64,000 nucleotides of DNA from a virus, in IMG/VR virus record IMGVR_UViG_3300003322_000423, positions 34,590 through 98,589 of that record; one strand, given 5' to 3'. Positions within the stretch are counted from its first letter, which is position 1, and the number at the start of each line of letters is the position of its first letter. This document shows, in pieces, positions 59,375-64,000 of the stretch. Both the position numbers and the translations under genes were made by a program. The notes beneath the pieces were generated by a model. That model was not told the DNA's origin and searched no databases. It saw only the letters and a program-made list of their open reading frames with translations.

Positions 59375-59757
59375 GGGTGTGGCCTTTCGTAGGGTCCTTC
59401 AGATGAATCTCCGTCTGTCCAGTAAGAACCGAGAGCGTTTTTGTTATCCCAGAACCAGGACAGCTCTTCTTTCATGTACGGTGACGGCTGTCCCACTGAA
59501 CACATGTGGCAATTGTCGTGGGGGCCATCGTCAAGGCTGCTTCGCAGATCGAACATGGGTCCGCCGTACGTATGGCGTACCTTCCCGTTGTAGGCATTAC
59601 CTACCAGCACAGGGGTGTCCGTACCTTCACTCAGAAGTATCGGATAACTGGAATAACAGGGATCGCCGCACTCGAAATAACTATCCGGAAGATCGTAGAT
59701 CTCGGAGAGAGTCATGGACGCAGGATCTACGTCATAAGGCTTGAGCTTGGCTCTCAC
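59371..59757 (-). CDS. hypothetical protein, paralog of the adjacent gene
   Basis: Same motifs as 59009-59374. Confidence 0.75.
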   Translation of the reverse strand: MRAKLKPYDVDPASMTLSEIYDLPDSYFECGDPCYSSYPILLSEGTDTPVLVGNAYNGKVRHTYGGPMFDLRSSLDDGPHDNCHMCSVGQPSPYMKEELSWFWDNKNALGSYWTDGDSSEGPYERPHP

Positions 59758-59965
59758 TGCCGTATCCCTCCCGGATTTGTAACCCCATACTCGGAGAACA
59801 GTTTAAGCAGTTCAAGGCATTTAGGGCACATATGAGCCCCCATCTTGATCTGCCACCCCTCGGTTCGGGCCTTTGACAAAGCTGAGTGCACCTCCCGGGA
59901 GTACAAACGCTTGCCGTTTGCCGTGCCGCAACGGTCACACGATACGTAAAAGAGCATCGCTGTCT

Positions 59966-60238
59966 CTATCGCCACGCCGCACCCACCTCCGGGAACACGT
60001 CATCTGCGGAGAATATACCCATCTCCTCACTGTTGAGCAAGGCAATTATTGCCCAGAGAGGTACGTTCTTTGTGATCCCCTTTTCACACGCATCGTACAT
60101 GGCTGTCGTGAAGTGGTAACCCGTTGCCTCTTCTACAATCCGGGAACAGTCCATGGCGTGCAGGTTGTGATCCTCCCTGATCTGCTTGAGCCTCTGCATG
60201 ACCCGTGTCTGTGCTGAGTACTCGACATGTTTGCCCAT
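59966..60238 (-). CDS. XRE-like HTH protein
   Basis: RLKQIRE...L...Y..CE.G; AAGGGAG RBS. Confidence 0.55.
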   Translation of the reverse strand: MGKHVEYSAQTRVMQRLKQIREDHNLHAMDCSRIVEEATGYHFTTAMYDACEKGITKNVPLWAIIALLNSEEMGIFSADDVFPEVGAAWR

Positions 60239-60249
60239 TTAAACTCCCT

Positions 60250-60700
60250 TACATACATACCCCATGTATGTGGTCGCGCTGTGGCCCTTTTTCGGGGTAG
60301 GACGCTAGTAGAACATACATGGGTCGGGTATGTCTAGCCCTACAGTGAGTGACGAGAGACACAAGATTTGTAACAATGGCTGTGGTATTCCGGGATAATG
60401 CTGACAAGATGACAAGATCCTGACATGGATAATGACAGGGGTTGGATATGCTTTGACCAGGACTTATATACTAAAAATGTCAGGATGTCAGGATTATTAC
60501 TATTTTCTGGTCTATAGAACCTTGAAACATACCCTATGTATGCAGGTTTTTAAGGTACATGGGGTATGTTAGCGAAAAATCTGGCGTTCCCAGAAAACAC
60601 ATCCTGACAAAGATCCTGACAAACCGCAGGTCAGAGAGTTGTGCTACTAGAAAGATGCAGGTAGGAGCGTTGTCAGGATCTTGAAAATATTGTCAGGATG
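60250..60700. repeat. iteron-like repeat region, putative replication origin
   Basis: 7 exact ATCCTGACA copies (3 direct, 4 inverted) plus ACATACCCYATGTA repeats in a gene-free gap. Confidence 0.6.
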
Positions 60701-60708
60701 GTTCTGAC

Positions 60709-61116
60709 CTACCACGTTTCGTGGTCGAAATTGTTCGGGCCGGGGGCATGGTCGGGCAGGTATTTTCCGGAGTCGGCTATCAGTTCCCAGGGGGTGGTGC
60801 CGTCGATGAGCCACGCGGCCTCCCAGTCGTCCGGGAGAGGGGCGGAGAGGATTACGTCCGGGAAGGACCCGCAGCAGCACAAGGTGCGGTAGACACCTCT
60901 TTCAAAAGCTTTGATCGCGTTGGCCTTGCACCATTCGGCAACGGCCGGATCGTCCGTGCACCACAGATCAGTCTTCAGCGAGATCATCCAGTTGAAACAC
61001 ACGTCGCCCCTGTCAGCCTGTGCGGCGGGGCAGTAGATCCAGTAGTCGTCACCGGAGAGATAGTCCAGAGCAGAGAGGCTTTCAGGTTCTGCGAGGTGTT
61101 CGGAAGGAGTGCGCAT
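60709..61116 (-). CDS. hypothetical protein
   Basis: RBS, Cys-containing ORF. Confidence 0.55.
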   Translation of the reverse strand: MRTPSEHLAEPESLSALDYLSGDDYWIYCPAAQADRGDVCFNWMISLKTDLWCTDDPAVAEWCKANAIKAFERGVYRTLCCCGSFPDVILSAPLPDDWEAAWLIDGTTPWELIADSGKYLPDHAPGPNNFDHETW

Positions 61117-61117
61117 G

Positions 61118-61438
61118 TCAGCAGTCTTTCAGGAAGGACCCGACCACCCGGGCAATGACAGAGACGATCCCGGCCAGAACCAGAACGGCGAACAGACCGG
61201 CGATGACGGCGGGAAAAGCGTGGGGGAAGAACACCAGGGACATGAACATCACCAGTAGCAGGAGGCGCCACGGGTGGGCCATGTGAACCGTACGGGGGCT
61301 GTCGTCCATCCACGTGAGGGTGGGGGCCGGAGTGTCCGTGTCGTCGGTGTACGGGCCGTGCGCGAACGGGGAGGGAGGGATGGTTCCGGGGGCCTGATAG
61401 CGGGACCTGATCCGTGCGATGCGGTCGTGGCTGTTCAT
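61118..61438 (-). CDS. membrane protein
   Basis: Two C-terminal hydrophobic helices. Confidence 0.65.
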   Translation of the reverse strand: MNSHDRIARIRSRYQAPGTIPPSPFAHGPYTDDTDTPAPTLTWMDDSPRTVHMAHPWRLLLLVMFMSLVFFPHAFPAVIAGLFAVLVLAGIVSVIARVVGSFLKDC

Positions 61439-61478
61439 TGTCCTGTCCTTCCGGGTCCGTTTCGGTTCCTGTATCTCT

Positions 61479-61507
61479 GTTATACCACAAAGACGGTTCA
61501 GATCAAA
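61479..61507 (-). promoter_or_regulatory. promoter (near-copy at 62641-62669)
   Basis: TTTGAT-N12-TGTGG-TATAAC-AGA occurs twice. Confidence 0.6.
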
Positions 61508-61578
61508 CCCTTTTGTCCGAACTTTTTCAGTAGCCGTCTGAGCGCCTCGGAGAGGTCCAGGGATGCCAGGGTACCGGG

Positions 61579-62526
61579 TCAGGGGAGTTCGGGGCTCACA
61601 GAGGCAGGGAGGGCCTTTTGTGAGTGTGTTTCGACGTAGACGCGTGCTTCCTGTTCGGTGAGGAACAGAAGCTGGATCATCCGGGCCTTACCGCCCTTGC
61701 AGAGATAGCCGCGTCCGGATTCCTCCGGGGCGGCCGTGGGAAAGCCGCAGTCCCACGCGAGCATTTGCCACGCGTTCTTGTCGTGGCCCACCAGGATGCG
61801 GTTCGCGAAATTGGCTCGGATCGCCGTCGGGAAAGTCTTCGCGTCAAGGTACTGGCCGACGCACACGAGGTGCATCTTTGCGGCACGGCCCATGTTCGCC
61901 GTGTCCCGGAATCCGTCCATGGCTGTGTACGTGTCGACGTTGCGGAACTTCCGGCGGGTCAAGTCGCGGAGATCCTCGAAAGTGGAGTTCATCTCCTCAA
62001 AGATCACCAGAGTGCGACGGCCGACCGGTGCGTCCGTGATCTTCGCGTTCCAGTTGCCTGCCTCCTGCTGGGCACGCAGCCACGCTTCGGCCACCTTGTT
62101 GCGGTTGTGGGTCTCCTGACCCACCAGAGCCAGAGCGTTGCCTATCTCGGGCAGAGAACGGGCGATGTGGACGTTGGGGAGACCTTCGGCCCACATGTGG
62201 GAATGGCGCTTCACATCCAGGATGACGACCTGCCATCCCTTGACCAGAGCCTGAGCGGCCAGGGTCCGCAGAGTGGCGGACTTGCCACGGCCTGTGGATG
62301 CGGACTGCATCACATGCGGGGAGTCTCCAGCGAAATCGGCGGTGAGCGGGTTGCCCTGTCCGTCCACACCCAGCAGAAGCTCATCCGGGCCAAGGAGTCG
62401 CATGTCCAGTTGAGCGGCCTCAAGGCCGTAGATCTCGGGGAAGTTCGCAATGTCCGCACCACTGCTCAGACCGGAGTACGGACCCGGAACCTTTGCTTCT
62501 TCGGCGAAAAGAGAGTTGAAGTCCAT
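61579..62526 (-). CDS. FtsK/SpoIIIE (TraB-like) ATPase domain protein
   Basis: DSPH....ASTGRGKS, ILDVKR.SH, VIFEEMN, MGRAAKMH. Confidence 0.8.
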   Translation of the reverse strand: MDFNSLFAEEAKVPGPYSGLSSGADIANFPEIYGLEAAQLDMRLLGPDELLLGVDGQGNPLTADFAGDSPHVMQSASTGRGKSATLRTLAAQALVKGWQVVILDVKRHSHMWAEGLPNVHIARSLPEIGNALALVGQETHNRNKVAEAWLRAQQEAGNWNAKITDAPVGRRTLVIFEEMNSTFEDLRDLTRRKFRNVDTYTAMDGFRDTANMGRAAKMHLVCVGQYLDAKTFPTAIRANFANRILVGHDKNAWQMLAWDCGFPTAAPEESGRGYLCKGGKARMIQLLFLTEQEARVYVETHSQKALPASVSPELP

Positions 62527-62810
62527 GGTTCCGGCCTTTCAGTACGGGAGCGGTTTGCCGCTTGGTGTGCGGGTGTCCAGTTCTCGGGGTGTGGAGGGAC
62601 GTCGGGTCTGCTTCTGAATCCTGATCTGTTTCATGCTTCTGTTATACCACAGATCAGGCAGGAATCAAACATCTTCTTCCTTGATCTCCCGGCCCACCCG
62701 GACGTACGCCTTCAGAAGAACGTCCCACTCCTCATCGGTGTAGTTGTACCCGAACTCGGCTTCGTGGTTCTCGATCACCTTGATCAGTCCGGTGATCAGT
62801 TCAAGATCGT

Positions 62811-63659
62811 TCATGACTGGCTCTCCCTGGCGTGCTGTTCAATGTCGGCAATGAGGTCGTACAGGATTTCGTCGAACTCGTCTTCCCGCTCCAAGTCCCG
62901 CATGCGGCCCTTGTAGTAGTCCAGGACTTGCAGAAGCCGCTGTTCGTGCTCGTTCGTCATGACTTGCGCTCCTTTGAAGAGATCACGATTGCCTGAGTAA
63001 TTGCATACCACTCCGAACCGGAGTAGAACTCCGGTCCTACTTGGATGCCTGCCTCTATCAGAAGACTTTCCATGCGAGTGATCACGTTCACCAGATCACC
63101 CATGGTCTTGGAGAGATCCCGGATCTTCGTCATGACTACTCCTTGATCCAGCCGGTTACCGCGTGACGCTCGCCGCCGAGAGATGAACCGCACCCGTCGC
63201 ATGACGACCATGAGAACGTGTTCGTCTCGCAGTCACACTCAAAATCAGGGTGTACGTCTTGCATGGCTTCCTTGCCGCATGAGTGCTCACTGAAGAGCAT
63301 GCCCGGGGTGATGGGCATGTCCCCGAACAGGTGAAGCGGGTCGTGGTCGTCCGGGGTGGGCTCACGGTGTGAACCTGGGCACGTGTCAGGCTCTGTGCAG
63401 TCGCCGTTCACGAGGTGGATGAAACAGTGGACGCAGACCCACTGAGGGACTGTCGGCTGTTCGCGGTTCATGGTGATCACTTTCCCTCGTACGCCGCGTC
63501 AAGGGCACGGTGCAGCTCACGGTTCTTGTTGCGGAGGACACTGTTGGCTGTGCTGAGTTCGATCAGCTTGGTCTGCATCGCCTCAACCTGCGCATTCAGC
63601 TCCTGTATCCGCTGAACCAGGATCTCCCGGGGAGTCTCGAAGACGGCCATGGTGATCAC
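62811..63659 (-). other. small hypothetical ORFs
   Basis: Packed, co-oriented ORFs. Confidence 0.5.
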
Positions 63660-64000
63660 TCCTAGGCGTAGTATCCGCCAGCAAACACCGGCTGAGACTG
63701 TTCGAGTTCTTCGTGCAGCTTGCTGAGCTGGGCTTCGGTGTAGGAGCCCTCATCGGTACGGTAGGCGCCGAACACGTCCGCGTGCTGGTGAGTGTAGAAC
63801 AGTTCCTGCGGGTCGGTGGCGGTGGTACCCATTGTTCTCAGCTCCTGCGGTCTGTGTGTTTTTCGATCTACTTAAATAGTACCCCCTGGGAGCCGGATTG
63901 CAACCTCTAAACGAGATTATTTCGAAGATCTTTCTACCGGTCGGTAATCGTTTCTTAGCCTAACTAAAGAAATGGCCGGCGCATAGTGTCGATCTTGAAA

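Noticed and set aside
60250-60700. CRISPR array
   Set aside because: The repeats are 9-14 bp, in both orientations and irregularly spaced; the Cas4-like nuclease sits in a recombination module.
61624-62916. 430-aa plus-strand ORF
   Set aside because: Antisense shadow of the GC3-rich FtsK-like gene.

Overview
64 kb of a large tailed actinobacteriophage genome. The host is most likely Streptomyces or a relative, inferred from WhiB, Lsr2, Pup, an Rpf-LysM-M23 protein and a TraB-like ATPase. Layout: (1) 1-9.6 kb, minus strand: methyltransferase/glycosyltransferase/RmlB-like cluster, WhiB, primase-polymerase/helicase, Rpf, HAD phosphatase. (2) 9.7-19.5 kb, plus strand: lysis cassette and tail-fibre/minor structural genes. 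(3) 19.9-26.8 kb, minus strand: 27 tRNAs covering all 20 amino acids, interleaved with many folded non-coding elements, including a tmRNA reduced to its tRNA-like domain. (4) 26.8-46 kb, minus strand: replication, nucleotide-metabolism and recombination genes (PolA, ThyX, MazG, RuvC-like, SSB, AAA ATPase, nuclease, SF2 helicase, sigma factor, many HNH endonucleases) plus Pup. (5) 46-64 kb: small accessory genes, Lsr2, a solitary tRNA-like RNA, an iteron-rich putative origin and an FtsK/TraB-like ATPase. Most notable observations: a helicase Walker A motif interrupted by GTT-TAG-GTT directly after a hairpin (candidate natural stop-hop); a prfB-like +1 frameshift cassette with the rare UUA codon in a deaminase gene; the mini-tmRNA; phage Pup; and a tRNA-punctuated set of structured RNAs. 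All RNA folds and family calls were made by eye, with no database search.
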